A DNA stretch of 64,000 nucleotides from positions 11,979-75,978 of the forward strand of contig CAZIID010000001.1 in NCBI GenBank assembly GCA_964539415.1, written 5' to 3'. The DNA comes from an uncultured Candidatus Saccharibacteria bacterium (GTDB lineage: Bacteria; Patescibacteriota; Minisyncoccia; Phycocordibacterales; GWA1-40-21). The translations under genes and the position numbers were made by a program. The notes under the pieces were generated by a model that was not told the origin of the DNA, searched no databases, and worked only from the letters and a program-made list of their open reading frames with translations. Numbering within the stretch: the first letter of the stretch is position 1; each line of letters starts with the position of its first letter. Of this stretch, positions 49,530-59,158 are shown one piece after another.

Positions 49530-50151
49530 CCTGATTTATATTATCTGTTGTTGAACTTGTGCTTATTTCTTCATCTATTTTGGTATCTTCTGGACCTTTT
49601 ATGGATGATATTACTTCCGTTATGGAAGCTTGTGCAACCTTAATAGCTTCTTTTGTATTTTTTGTTTGTTCTTTAACTGCTTCTATACTTTCTTTTTTTG
49701 AATTTTTATTAAAATTGTCTGGAATAGTATCGGTCAATTTTACTAGTTCATTTTTTGCTAAAATAATATCTGAGTTTGCTTTTTCTAAAAGAACTTTTGC
49801 TTCTGCTATATCATCACCAGCTATTTCAGTTTTTTCTATTCTTGAACTTACTCTTCTTGATAGGTTTTCTAGGTTTCTAATAGCAACTTCAAAATTTTTG
49901 AGTGTCTTTGTTTTTAAGCTTTCTTCTTCAACTTTCTGGAACTTTTGAATAATAGATTTTAACAAGCTAACTTTTTCTTCTTTTTTGTTTTCTACGGCCT
50001 GTTTCTTAACTTCTACTTGTTCAATTTTTGCTTTTATTTCTTCTTTTTTTGCAGAAATAACGTCCTTTTTGTTGTTTAAGGTTTCTGCGTTAGCGAATGT
50101 ATTGAAACATAGTGTGAGTGCTAGTATTGATGTAAATATTGTTGTTTTCAT
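49522..50151 (-). CDS. Secreted coiled-coil hypothetical protein
   Basis: Signal peptide MKTTIF...FANA; K/E-rich heptads; likely start at 50151. Confidence 0.7.
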   Translation of the reverse strand: MKTTIFTSILALTLCFNTFANAETLNNKKDVISAKKEEIKAKIEQVEVKKQAVENKKEEKVSLLKSIIQKFQKVEEESLKTKTLKNFEVAIRNLENLSRRVSSRIEKTEIAGDDIAEAKVLLEKANSDIILAKNELVKLTDTIPDNFNKNSKKESIEAVKEQTKNTKEAIKVAQASITEVISSIKGPEDTKIDEEISTSSTTDNINQDE

Positions 50152-50230
50152 AACAAAATAACTATAACACAGACTAAAGACAAATACAAAAACCGCCAGT
50201 TGGCGGTTTTTGTATTTGTCTTTTTTGGAA

Positions 50231-51421
50231 TTATTTTCCTGTCTCTTCTTCCTCAACAACTTCTTCAACGTATTCTCCTTCAATTGCGACGATATCTATT
50301 TTCCAACCAGTTAGTTTTGCTGCGAGGCGAACGTTTTGTCCTCCTTTTCCGATAGCAAGCGATTGCTGATCTTCTGCAACTTCAACAACTGCTTTCTTTT
50401 CTGTATTATTAACTGAAACAGAAAGTATTCTTGCAGGGGACAGGGAATCCTCAATAAACTTTGCAGGATCTTCTGACCAGGGAATAATATCTATCTTTTC
50501 TCCAGCAAGTTCACTCATAACAGTAGAAACTCTAACTCCACGTTGTCCTACCATAGAACCAACTGGGTCAATATGTTCATCTTTTGAAGACACTGCAATC
50601 TTTGATCTTGATCCAGCCTCTCTTGCAATAGCTTTTATTTCAACTACTCCACCAGCGATCTCAGGAGCTTCTGTTTTGAATAACTCTTCTAAGAATTTTG
50701 GATGTGAACGAGAAAGTCTCAAAAATACGCCTTTAGGTGTCTCTTCAACTCTGTAAAGGTAACCTTTGATTCTTTCACCTGGCTTATATTTTTCACCTGG
50801 GAGCTGTTCTTCAAAAGGAAGTATCGCTGTAGCTCTACCCATATCAACAAAAAGATTTCCTCTTTCTAATCTTTGAACAGTACCAGAAACAATTTCTCCT
50901 TCTTTTTCTCCATATTCTTTGAATACAGAAACTTTTTCTGCTTCTCTGATTTTTTGGATAATAACTTGTTTTGCTGTTTGGGCTGCGATTCTTCCATAGT
51001 CGCTCTTTTCTTCAAGAGGGAAGACAAGCTCTTCACCAAGCTCTACACCTTTTTTGATTTTCTTAGCGTCTTCTAAAAAGATGTGATGTTCAGGATTGTA
51101 ATATACTGGCTTGTTTGGATCATCTTCAACTCTTTCTTCTACATTAAACTTTTCTCTCTTTTGTTCTCTTTCTGGTTTCTCTTCAACTGCTTCACGAATA
51201 ATAACGTTGTCTTTATCAACAACGATTTTTACTTGGAAGAATTCTGCTTTACCAGAATTTAGATCAAGTTTTGCTTTTATTATTTGTCCTCTCTTTCCGT
51301 ATTCTTTTTTATAGGCAGTAGCCAAAGCCATTTCAATAGCTTCAAACATTTTTTCTTTTGGAATACCTCTCTCTTGTTCCATTTGCTCTATAACCGAATT
51401 TATTACTTTTAGGTCTAACAT
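50231..51421 (-). CDS. nusA: Transcription termination factor NusA
   Basis: GRIAAQTAKQVI.QKIREAE, S1 domain, AREAGSRSK and AIGKGGQNVRLAAKLTGWKIDI; likely start MLDLK. Confidence 0.96.
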   Translation of the reverse strand: MLDLKVINSVIEQMEQERGIPKEKMFEAIEMALATAYKKEYGKRGQIIKAKLDLNSGKAEFFQVKIVVDKDNVIIREAVEEKPEREQKREKFNVEERVEDDPNKPVYYNPEHHIFLEDAKKIKKGVELGEELVFPLEEKSDYGRIAAQTAKQVIIQKIREAEKVSVFKEYGEKEGEIVSGTVQRLERGNLFVDMGRATAILPFEEQLPGEKYKPGERIKGYLYRVEETPKGVFLRLSRSHPKFLEELFKTEAPEIAGGVVEIKAIAREAGSRSKIAVSSKDEHIDPVGSMVGQRGVRVSTVMSELAGEKIDIIPWSEDPAKFIEDSLSPARILSVSVNNTEKKAVVEVAEDQQSLAIGKGGQNVRLAAKLTGWKIDIVAIEGEYVEEVVEEEETGK

Positions 51422-51555
51422 ATTGTTTTTTATAATTTTTTTAAAAAAATAAGCTCGCTTTCGGCGAACTAACAGTATTACTATTATATACCTAATGACT
51501 TTTAAAGTCAATATCCACAGTAAAAGTGTATATATTTAGCCGTTTTAAGTAGTTT

Positions 51556-51784
51556 TACATAGGCTAAGCCTATGTAGACAGGAAAAGTGGTCAACGTGCC
51601 ACGTTGGCCACTTTATTATAAAATATTACAACACACATAATCGAATACCAAGGTCCGACCTTGGTAGGTACTCTCGTCATTGCGAGTGAGGTGTGGCAAA
51701 CCAGTTCTTCCTTATACTCATACCCCAGTAGTAGAAGAATCAGAATTCTTCACTACAGGGCAGGCTAATATTTATACTATTTTC
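51556..51784. repeat. Cluster of palindromes and a composite REP-like element
   Basis: ACATAGGCTAAGCCTATGT; AAAGTGGTCAACGTGCCACGTTGGCCACTTT; CCAAGGTCCGACCTTGG; 51671-51784 is homologous to 47789-47886 in inverted orientation. Confidence 0.75.
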
Positions 51785-51840
51785 AACTTATCCACCCTCT
51801 CAATTTGCAATCCAAACATTATCTTATATAATATACTCAT

Positions 51841-52554
51841 ATGAATACTAAACTCAAAACTCTTTCTTATATCATCGGCGCATCACTTGTAATCGGAGGC
51901 GTAGTTCTTGCGGGTTCACTTACACCAACAGTCGTAGATACAAACACCACCTCAATGGTTACTCTACAAGACCTATGGAACAAAACCCAAGACTTCACTT
52001 ACTCCACATCTTCTTCTCCTCGTTATGTATCAACTTCATCTTCTCCTCTTGCATCCTTCAGATCATTACAAGATGTTTGGGACTCTCTTACTGAAAATCC
52101 TATAACATCAAACATTATACTTACTGGTAATACAGTGCTCGGTGTGGAGGGGAGTGCTACTGCTGGGGCTCCGGCTCTTGTTTGGTCTAATATTGCACCT
52201 ACTCGACTTTGTTGGGATGCTTCTGATTTTTCAAGTGAAGCTAATTGTTCTATTGATGGTTGGACAGCTGAGGGTTATGGTGCACTAGAATATTGTGAGA
52301 ATCTTGTAGAGGGTGGGTCAAGTAATTGGAGATTGCCATCAATCACTGAACTTTTAGCTGGTTTATCAGGACAAGTTTTAGAGGTCCCTGCTACAGTAAG
52401 TGGTTTTGATGAGATGCTTACTTATTATTGGGCTGCTGCTTATCCATATACTCCAATTCATGCTTATAGAGCTACCAGTAACCAAACTATGACTCAAGTA
52501 ACAGCTGATTATACAACTAAAGGTGTGAGACACGCTGTTCGTTGTGTCCGATAA
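51841..52554 (+). CDS. Secreted protein: SLTP module + DUF1566/Lcl-like C-type-lectin-fold domain
   Basis: LVWS, A..YC..L..GG...WRLPS..EL, YYW and C-terminal VRCVR. Confidence 0.8.
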   Translation: MNTKLKTLSYIIGASLVIGGVVLAGSLTPTVVDTNTTSMVTLQDLWNKTQDFTYSTSSSPRYVSTSSSPLASFRSLQDVWDSLTENPITSNIILTGNTVLGVEGSATAGAPALVWSNIAPTRLCWDASDFSSEANCSIDGWTAEGYGALEYCENLVEGGSSNWRLPSITELLAGLSGQVLEVPATVSGFDEMLTYYWAAAYPYTPIHAYRATSNQTMTQVTADYTTKGVRHAVRCVR

Positions 52555-52575
52555 TATTTATCAAACTATTTAATT

Positions 52576-52609
52576 AAAATCAGCGCGCGGTACTCCGCGC
52601 GCTGATTTT
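52576..52609. terminator. GC-rich perfect hairpin (terminator or DGR-type cis hairpin)
   Basis: AAAATCAGCGCGCGG-TACT-CCGCGCGCTGATTTT. Confidence 0.7.
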
Positions 52610-52671
52610 GTTTCTCTTTGTTCTATTCTTTTTTACACAATTTTATTTCTTTTATGATATAATTTTATCAA

Positions 52672-54432
52672 ATGCATCTTGAGAAAAATAAATTAAGAGA
52701 GTTTATTTTGGATTCTGGTCTTATAACAAGAACAGAGTATGACAAGGCTGAATCTGACGCCAAAAAAGATAAGAACGGTGAGACTGCCGAAAAGATTTTA
52801 GTTAGTTCTGGAAAAATAACTGAAGATGACTTGAGAAGAGCCAATGCTTACGTCTTCGGTATTCCTTTTGTTGATTTAAAAAGTCAAAAGATTGATTTTT
52901 CTGTTCTTTCTTTAATTCCTGAGCCTGTTGCAAGAAAAAATAACATTATCGCTTTCAAGAAAAATGAAGATTCTTTGGAAGTCGCAATGCTTGATACCCA
53001 AGACCTCGCTTCTATTGAATTTATAAAAAAGAAAGTTGGTTTAAAAATATTACCGAGACTCACAGATCTTGAATCTATAAAAAGTGCGATACTTCAATAT
53101 CAAAAAAGTTTGAAAGCAGAGTTCGGGGATATGATTCAAAAAGACGCCCTTGTTATCAAAGATTTTGGTAACAATGTTATTACTGACGAATCTTCTGAGG
53201 GAGCACTGAAGAAAATGGCAGAGGATCTTCCGGTTGTTCGTGTTGTAGAAACACTTTTGAAACATGCTATTTTACAGAATGCGTCAGATATTCATATAGA
53301 ATGTTTAGAAAATAGTGTGCTTATTAGATATAGAATAGACGGCATACTTCACGACGCTATGATTTTGCCCAAAAATTCTGCGACAGGTATTATTGCAAGA
53401 ATTAAAGTTTTATCAAACCTAAAGCTTGATGAAAAGAGATTACCTCAAGACGGAAGATTTAAGATAGATTTGAATGCTGAAAAAGTTTCTTTTAGAGTCT
53501 CTATTATTCCTACAAACTACGGTGAGAAGGCGGTTATGAGACTTTTGAGAGAAAATGTTGCTGGCTACACACTTGAAAGTATTGGTTTTCACGGTGAATC
53601 ACTTGAGGCGGTTTATGAAGCAACAAGACAAGCAAATGGAATGATCCTAACCACAGGTCCGACTGGTTCAGGTAAGACAACAACTTTGTATTCCATTCTT
53701 GAAATATTAAATACTCCATATGTGAATATATCAACCATTGAAGATCCTATTGAATATCAAGTTCAGAGAATTAATCAAACGCAAGTAAAGCCAGAGATTG
53801 GATTTTCTTTTTCAAATGGACTCAGATCACTTGTAAGGCAAGATCCAGATATTATTATGGTGGGGGAAATTAGAGATAATGAGACGGCTGCTATTTCTGT
53901 AAACGCTGCACTTACTGGCCACCTTGTTTTATCAACTTTGCACACGAATAGCGCTGCTGGAGCAATACCTAGACTTATGGATATGAAGGTGGAACCATTT
54001 TTATTGATTTCAACACTTAGAATTGTTTTGGCACAAAGACTTGTTAGGAAACTTTGTAAAATAAAAGAGAAATATTTTTTAACAAAAGCAGAAATCGCCA
54101 CTATTGCTAAGAATGTTGATTTAAATAGAGTTTTGGAATTCCTTAAAAAAGAAAAAATAATAGGACCAAAAGATGACTGGGAGAAAATTCCTTTTTACAG
54201 ACCAAAAATTTCCGAAGAATCTAAAGACGGTTTTAAGGGTAGGGTAGGAATTCACGAGGTATTAAAAGTATCTTCTGCTATTAAAGATATTATTATTAAA
54301 GGTGGAACTACAGAAACGATAGAAGAGCAAGCAAAAAAAGAGGGTATGATGACAATGATTGAAGACGGTATTTTTAAAGCAACTCAAGGTTTAACGACAC
54401 TTGAGGAGGTATTGAGAGTTGTTAGTGAGTAA
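52672..54432 (+). CDS. pilB: Type IV pilus assembly ATPase PilB
   Basis: ASDIHIE, EKRLPQDGRF, GPTGSGKT, RQDPD and STLHTN motifs; upstream of pilC. Confidence 0.92.
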   Translation: MHLEKNKLREFILDSGLITRTEYDKAESDAKKDKNGETAEKILVSSGKITEDDLRRANAYVFGIPFVDLKSQKIDFSVLSLIPEPVARKNNIIAFKKNEDSLEVAMLDTQDLASIEFIKKKVGLKILPRLTDLESIKSAILQYQKSLKAEFGDMIQKDALVIKDFGNNVITDESSEGALKKMAEDLPVVRVVETLLKHAILQNASDIHIECLENSVLIRYRIDGILHDAMILPKNSATGIIARIKVLSNLKLDEKRLPQDGRFKIDLNAEKVSFRVSIIPTNYGEKAVMRLLRENVAGYTLESIGFHGESLEAVYEATRQANGMILTTGPTGSGKTTTLYSILEILNTPYVNISTIEDPIEYQVQRINQTQVKPEIGFSFSNGLRSLVRQDPDIIMVGEIRDNETAAISVNAALTGHLVLSTLHTNSAAGAIPRLMDMKVEPFLLISTLRIVLAQRLVRKLCKIKEKYFLTKAEIATIAKNVDLNRVLEFLKKEKIIGPKDDWEKIPFYRPKISEESKDGFKGRVGIHEVLKVSSAIKDIIIKGGTTETIEEQAKKEGMMTMIEDGIFKATQGLTTLEEVLRVVSE

Positions 54433-54572
54433 TTGTGAATTATTAATCTAATAGGATTTATCCTGTTAGAAATTGCGATTAGTAGTATAAAAAATATTTG
54501 TTTTATAAGGTTGTTGTATAATTTAAAATGTTGTGGGTTACGAAATCAAAATCGCACTCTACTTCTAATAGG

Positions 54573-55787
54573 ATGAAATATAAATTTAACGCAATAAAAA
54601 AGAACGGTGAGAGATATTCTGGGTTTAGAGACTCTGCTGATAAATTTTCTTTATATGCAGATCTGAAGATAGAAGGGGATACTCTCATTAGTGCTACCGC
54701 AGTGGATAAAAAAGATAATGTTTTTTTTCAGAATATTACTGTTTATTTAGAAAGTATAGGCGAACAAAAAAAAATCTTTTTTGCAAAAAATCTTGGAGCC
54801 ATGCTTGAATCGGGACTTGCTTTAGCTCGAGCTCTTACTGTTATGGAAAAGCAGATAGAAAATAAAAATTTTAAAGCACTTGTTTCTTCTATGAATGATG
54901 ATATTAAGAAAGGTGAGACACTCAGTGAATCTTCAAGAAAACATCCTAGTGTATTCTCGAGTCTTTTTGTTTCTATGGTAAAAGCTGGAGAAGAAAGCGG
55001 AAATCTAGCCGGATCACTAAAGATAGTTGGTGAACAAATGGATTCTTCTTATAAACTAAAGAAAAAGATTCAGGGGGCTCTCATATATCCAGCTGTTATA
55101 TTAATTTTAATGATTGCAATTGGTGTTTTGATGATGGTGTATGTTGTTCCAAGCCTTAGTGCTACTTTTTCAGATTTAAGTGTTGAACTCCCAGCAATGA
55201 CAAAGGCTATAGTTTTTTTAAGTGATTTTTTAAAAAATAATATCCTTGTAAGTCTTGCGGTAATTATCGTCGTAGCTTTGTCTGTTTATTTTTTCTCTTT
55301 AAGCAAGACAGGCAAAAAGTTTTTTGATTTTGTTTCTATAAAAACTCCTGTTATTTCACCGATTGTAAAAGAAGTAAATTCTGCCAGAACAGCGAGAACT
55401 CTTTCATCTCTTTTGTCTTCAGGTGTTCCTTTTGCTGAAGCAATACTTATAACAAGTGAAGTTGTGCAGAATCATTATTTTAGAGAAGTTTTAGATCATG
55501 CAAGACTTGGTGTAGAGAAAGGCGAACCTATGTCAAAGTTTTTTATTGATAATTCAAATCTGTATCCAGTTTTTGTTGGCGAGATGATGGCCGTAGGAGA
55601 GGAGACTGGAAATATTTCTGGAATGCTTATGGAGACTGCTGAATTTTATGAAAATTCTGTAGATCAGAAAACAAAAGATATGTCTACGATTATAGAACCT
55701 GTGCTTATGATTATTATCGGTATAGCTGTAGGTATATTTGCTTTCTCTATGATAACTCCAATATATTCTCTAATGGATAAAATATGA
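54573..55787 (+). CDS. pilC: Type IV pilus platform protein PilC/GspF
   Basis: L..ML.SGL, AGEESG.L, AL.YP, VGEETG and IEP motifs. Confidence 0.93.
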   Translation: MKYKFNAIKKNGERYSGFRDSADKFSLYADLKIEGDTLISATAVDKKDNVFFQNITVYLESIGEQKKIFFAKNLGAMLESGLALARALTVMEKQIENKNFKALVSSMNDDIKKGETLSESSRKHPSVFSSLFVSMVKAGEESGNLAGSLKIVGEQMDSSYKLKKKIQGALIYPAVILILMIAIGVLMMVYVVPSLSATFSDLSVELPAMTKAIVFLSDFLKNNILVSLAVIIVVALSVYFFSLSKTGKKFFDFVSIKTPVISPIVKEVNSARTARTLSSLLSSGVPFAEAILITSEVVQNHYFREVLDHARLGVEKGEPMSKFFIDNSNLYPVFVGEMMAVGEETGNISGMLMETAEFYENSVDQKTKDMSTIIEPVLMIIIGIAVGIFAFSMITPIYSLMDKI

Positions 55788-56263
55788 TCCACACTTTAAA
55801 GACAAAATTTATTTCTGGATTTTCTCTCGGAGAGGTTCTCATCACTTTAGCGATAATATCTATCGTTTCTTCTATTGCTGTAACCGCTTTTAAAGGAATG
55901 AATGAAAGACAGGTTTTAGACAAAAGCATACTTTCAGTAATGAGTATCATAAATGAGACCAGATCATCTTCACTTTCTTCTAAAGACTCTAGTGATCATG
56001 GTGTCTATATAGAAGAAGGAAAAATAACTTCTTTTATTGGTTCAAATTATAGTCCGACAGATTCTAAAAATGTAATTTATGATTTGAATAGTTTGGTAAG
56101 AGTATCATCGTCTGTCCCAAAGACAATTGTTTTTAAAAGGACAACTGGAATTTTATTTCAAAATAGTCCGATTGTCGTAAATGTATCTTTGAAAAAAGAT
56201 GTAAATGCGAGTTCGTCTATTATTGTTTTTCCGACAGGAATAATTCAAAAAAATGCGCTTTAG
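55784..56263 (+). CDS. Minor pilin (FimT/FimU-like)
   Basis: Prepilin cleavage motif G|FSLGEVL. Confidence 0.8.
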   Translation: MIHTLKTKFISGFSLGEVLITLAIISIVSSIAVTAFKGMNERQVLDKSILSVMSIINETRSSSLSSKDSSDHGVYIEEGKITSFIGSNYSPTDSKNVIYDLNSLVRVSSSVPKTIVFKRTTGILFQNSPIVVNVSLKKDVNASSSIIVFPTGIIQKNAL

Positions 56264-56738
56264 AAATTACAAAAAAGGCATAGGTCTTGTGGAAGTAATA
56301 GTAGCTGTTTTTATATTGACTATTGTTTTGAGTTCACTTTTTACAATCAACAACCTTTATTTAAAATCTTCTCTTGGTAATATCAAATCAACTAAAGGGG
56401 CATATTTGGCAAGCGAAGCAGTAGAAGCTGTAAAGACGATTAGAGATTCTGGTTGGAGTAATATAGTAAATATTGCCAATAATACAGATTACTATCTTTA
56501 CTTTAACAACGAGACTTCAGTTTGGGTTGCGACTTCTTCTATTCAAGCTATAGATGGTTTTTCAAGAAAATTTAAAATAAATAATGTATATAGAGATGCA
56601 AGCGGAGATATTTCAAATGCTGGAACGGTTGATCCAAATACAAAAAAACTAGAAACTTTTGTTTCTTGGCACGCTTCATCTGGCCAGATTGTAGAAAAAA
56701 GTCTGATTACTTACATTTCTAATATTTTTGAAGATTAA
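56253..56738 (+). CDS. Minor pilin (PilV-like)
   Basis: KKG|IGLVEVIVA; A.LA.E.VE. Confidence 0.8.
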   Translation: MRFRNYKKGIGLVEVIVAVFILTIVLSSLFTINNLYLKSSLGNIKSTKGAYLASEAVEAVKTIRDSGWSNIVNIANNTDYYLYFNNETSVWVATSSIQAIDGFSRKFKINNVYRDASGDISNAGTVDPNTKKLETFVSWHASSGQIVEKSLITYISNIFED

Positions 56739-57268
56739 TGAAAAAAACAGAGATAAAAAAGAATGCTTTTTTTAAGTCGAAGTCTACTTCCGGCTTTTCT
56801 TTGATTGAAATGTTAGTTTATTTGGCACTCATGACCATGATTTCTGTGGTGATTGTTCAATCTATTGTTGTGGTTTTAAAATCTAACAAAGAATCATTTA
56901 ATAATAATGTTATAGAAAATTCAGCAGTCTCTGTATTTGAAAGAATAAAAAGGGAAACAAGAAGGGCGAAAGAAGTGGATCTTGTAGGGAGCAATCTGAC
57001 CAATGGTCAACTGCAAATGAATGTTATACAGCCTGATGATAGTATTTCTAATATAAAAATATCTTTGGCAGGAAATGGTGCAGTAAATATATATGAAACA
57101 GGGGTTCTTTCTGGACCTCTAACAATATCTGGAGCAGAAGTTACAACTTTGATTTTTAAACAGATAAAAAGTGGAAAATCTGAGGCGATAAGAACAGAAA
57201 TGACAATTAAAAGTGGAATAAAATCAGAAACTTTTTATTCTACTGAAATATTGAGAGGTTCATATTAA
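56738..57268 (+). CDS. Minor pilin (PilW-like)
   Basis: SG|FSLIEMLVY. Confidence 0.82.
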   Translation: MKKTEIKKNAFFKSKSTSGFSLIEMLVYLALMTMISVVIVQSIVVVLKSNKESFNNNVIENSAVSVFERIKRETRRAKEVDLVGSNLTNGQLQMNVIQPDDSISNIKISLAGNGAVNIYETGVLSGPLTISGAEVTTLIFKQIKSGKSEAIRTEMTIKSGIKSETFYSTEILRGSY

Positions 57269-57273
57269 AAAAA

Positions 57274-59076
57274 ATGTTAAAAAAAATCAGTAAAAAAAGA
57301 GGTCAGGTAATGCTTGTAACGACGTTATTTTTTATGTCTTTTTCTTTGATTGTTTCTGCTGGGCTTATAATGCCAATTGTAAAACAACTAAAAGTTTCTG
57401 CTAATGCTTGGAAGTCTATGGAAAGTTATTATACAGCCGAAGCCGGGGTAGAGGACATTACATACAGAGTAAAAAGTGGCAAAGATTATAATACTACAGA
57501 AGCGATGGCTATCGGTGATTTTACGGTTGAAACGACTTTAGAAAATACCATAGATGGAATTACAATCACTTCAACTGGGGTTTCTGGAGGACACGAAAAA
57601 ATTATTGAAACCAAGGTTGTGGAAAGTGAAGGTGTATCTTTTGTTTACGGGATACAATCTGGTAAAGGAGGAATACTCTTTCAAAGTAGTGCGGGTGTTA
57701 TAGGAAATGTATATTCAAATGGAGATATTATTTCTCAAAATTCGGGTGCTTTTATAACCGGCTCAGCATATGTTGCAAATAGCCCAGATTTGATTGCAGA
57801 CCAGTCAAATGCACTTCCTAGTACTCCAACAAATTCAGTTATATTTGGTAATGCAGACACTTCGCAAGATTTTGCTCAGAGTTTTAAAGTTTCTACCTCT
57901 TCGTCAATAACTCAAGTTAATTTATTTTTAAAACAGATTGGTTCACCTGCTGATGCCACAGTGAAGATTGTTAGAGACGTTTCTGGTAGTCCAAGTGTAA
58001 ATACCTCAGACATATTAACTTCTGGAACTCTTTATTCATCTTTGGTTACAAATACTTTTGGTTGGATAGAAATACCATTTTCATCCGAACCCGTTCTCGT
58101 GCCAAATACTTTGTATTGGATATTTATAGACGCGTCGACTGGTTCAGCAAGTAAAAACTATACGATAGGGGCGAATATAGATAGTAATTATACTAATGGC
58201 CAATCTAAAACAAGTGTTGTTGGTAAAAAAACTTTTTCTTGGAGTTCACCTACTGGTTATGACGCATATTTTAAAATATATCTTGGTGGAGAATTTGGTA
58301 AAATTGTTGGCGTTAATGAATGGAATAAATTTAATATTGGAACAGAAGGGGTAGGGAACGTTCACGCACATACAGTAAACTATGTAAATGCATCTGGCTT
58401 TATTAGATGTAAATCAGATTATAAAAATAATAAAGTTTGTGATACTTCTTTTGATGATCCAACACCAACACCTTTTCCTATTTCAGATGGAAATATAGAA
58501 GATTGGAAAGAAAAAGCTGCTCAAGGTGGTGTTTTTGTCGGAAATTACAATACTCTAGGTTATGGAACATCTACTCTTCCTTATGGAAAAATTGTTGGCA
58601 ACCTTACAATCTCTGGAGGACATATATTAACTCTTAATAAAATGCTTTGGGTTACAGGTAATATTATTATGGAGGGTAGTTCAAAAATAGTATTGTCTTC
58701 TTCTTTTGGTAATAAAGGTGGAATCATAGTTACTGATGGTAGAGTAGTTATCCCTGGAAGTTGTCTTGCAAATGGAAATGGAAATCCTGGTAGTTATATT
58801 ATGTTGGTTAGCACGAGTAATTGTTCTGGAGAGGCAACTTGTGGTGGAGAATATGCTGTTAGGATTAGTGGATCTGGAGGCGCAATTATTTTAAATGCTC
58901 AAAAAGGGACAATATATTTTGAAGGAAGTGCAAGTGCAAAAGAAGCTACTGCAAATAAGATTATTCTTGCTGGTGGGGGTACAAGAATTTATTATGAAAG
59001 CGGTTTAATAAATCCAAACTTTGTAGATGGTCCATCAGGAGGTTTTGATATCACAAGTTGGAAAGAAGTTGAATAG
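57274..59076 (+). CDS. PilX-like minor pilin with large beta-rich C-terminal extension
   Basis: KRG|QVML, SYYTAEAGVE and terminal SWKEV; internal AQSF...LFL..G.P domain. Confidence 0.78.
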   Translation: MLKKISKKRGQVMLVTTLFFMSFSLIVSAGLIMPIVKQLKVSANAWKSMESYYTAEAGVEDITYRVKSGKDYNTTEAMAIGDFTVETTLENTIDGITITSTGVSGGHEKIIETKVVESEGVSFVYGIQSGKGGILFQSSAGVIGNVYSNGDIISQNSGAFITGSAYVANSPDLIADQSNALPSTPTNSVIFGNADTSQDFAQSFKVSTSSSITQVNLFLKQIGSPADATVKIVRDVSGSPSVNTSDILTSGTLYSSLVTNTFGWIEIPFSSEPVLVPNTLYWIFIDASTGSASKNYTIGANIDSNYTNGQSKTSVVGKKTFSWSSPTGYDAYFKIYLGGEFGKIVGVNEWNKFNIGTEGVGNVHAHTVNYVNASGFIRCKSDYKNNKVCDTSFDDPTPTPFPISDGNIEDWKEKAAQGGVFVGNYNTLGYGTSTLPYGKIVGNLTISGGHILTLNKMLWVTGNIIMEGSSKIVLSSSFGNKGGIIVTDGRVVIPGSCLANGNGNPGSYIMLVSTSNCSGEATCGGEYAVRISGSGGAIILNAQKGTIYFEGSASAKEATANKIILAGGGTRIYYESGLINPNFVDGPSGGFDITSWKEVE

Positions 59077-59158
59077 GGGGGGTGATTAATTTTAAATTAA
59101 ATAAAAAAGTTAGTTATACGTGCAATAAAAACTAATTTAGTTTATAATTTGAATAAAT

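Noticed and set aside
51841-52609. Complete DGR in this window
   Set aside because: No reverse transcriptase or template repeat is visible; kept only as a possible remote target
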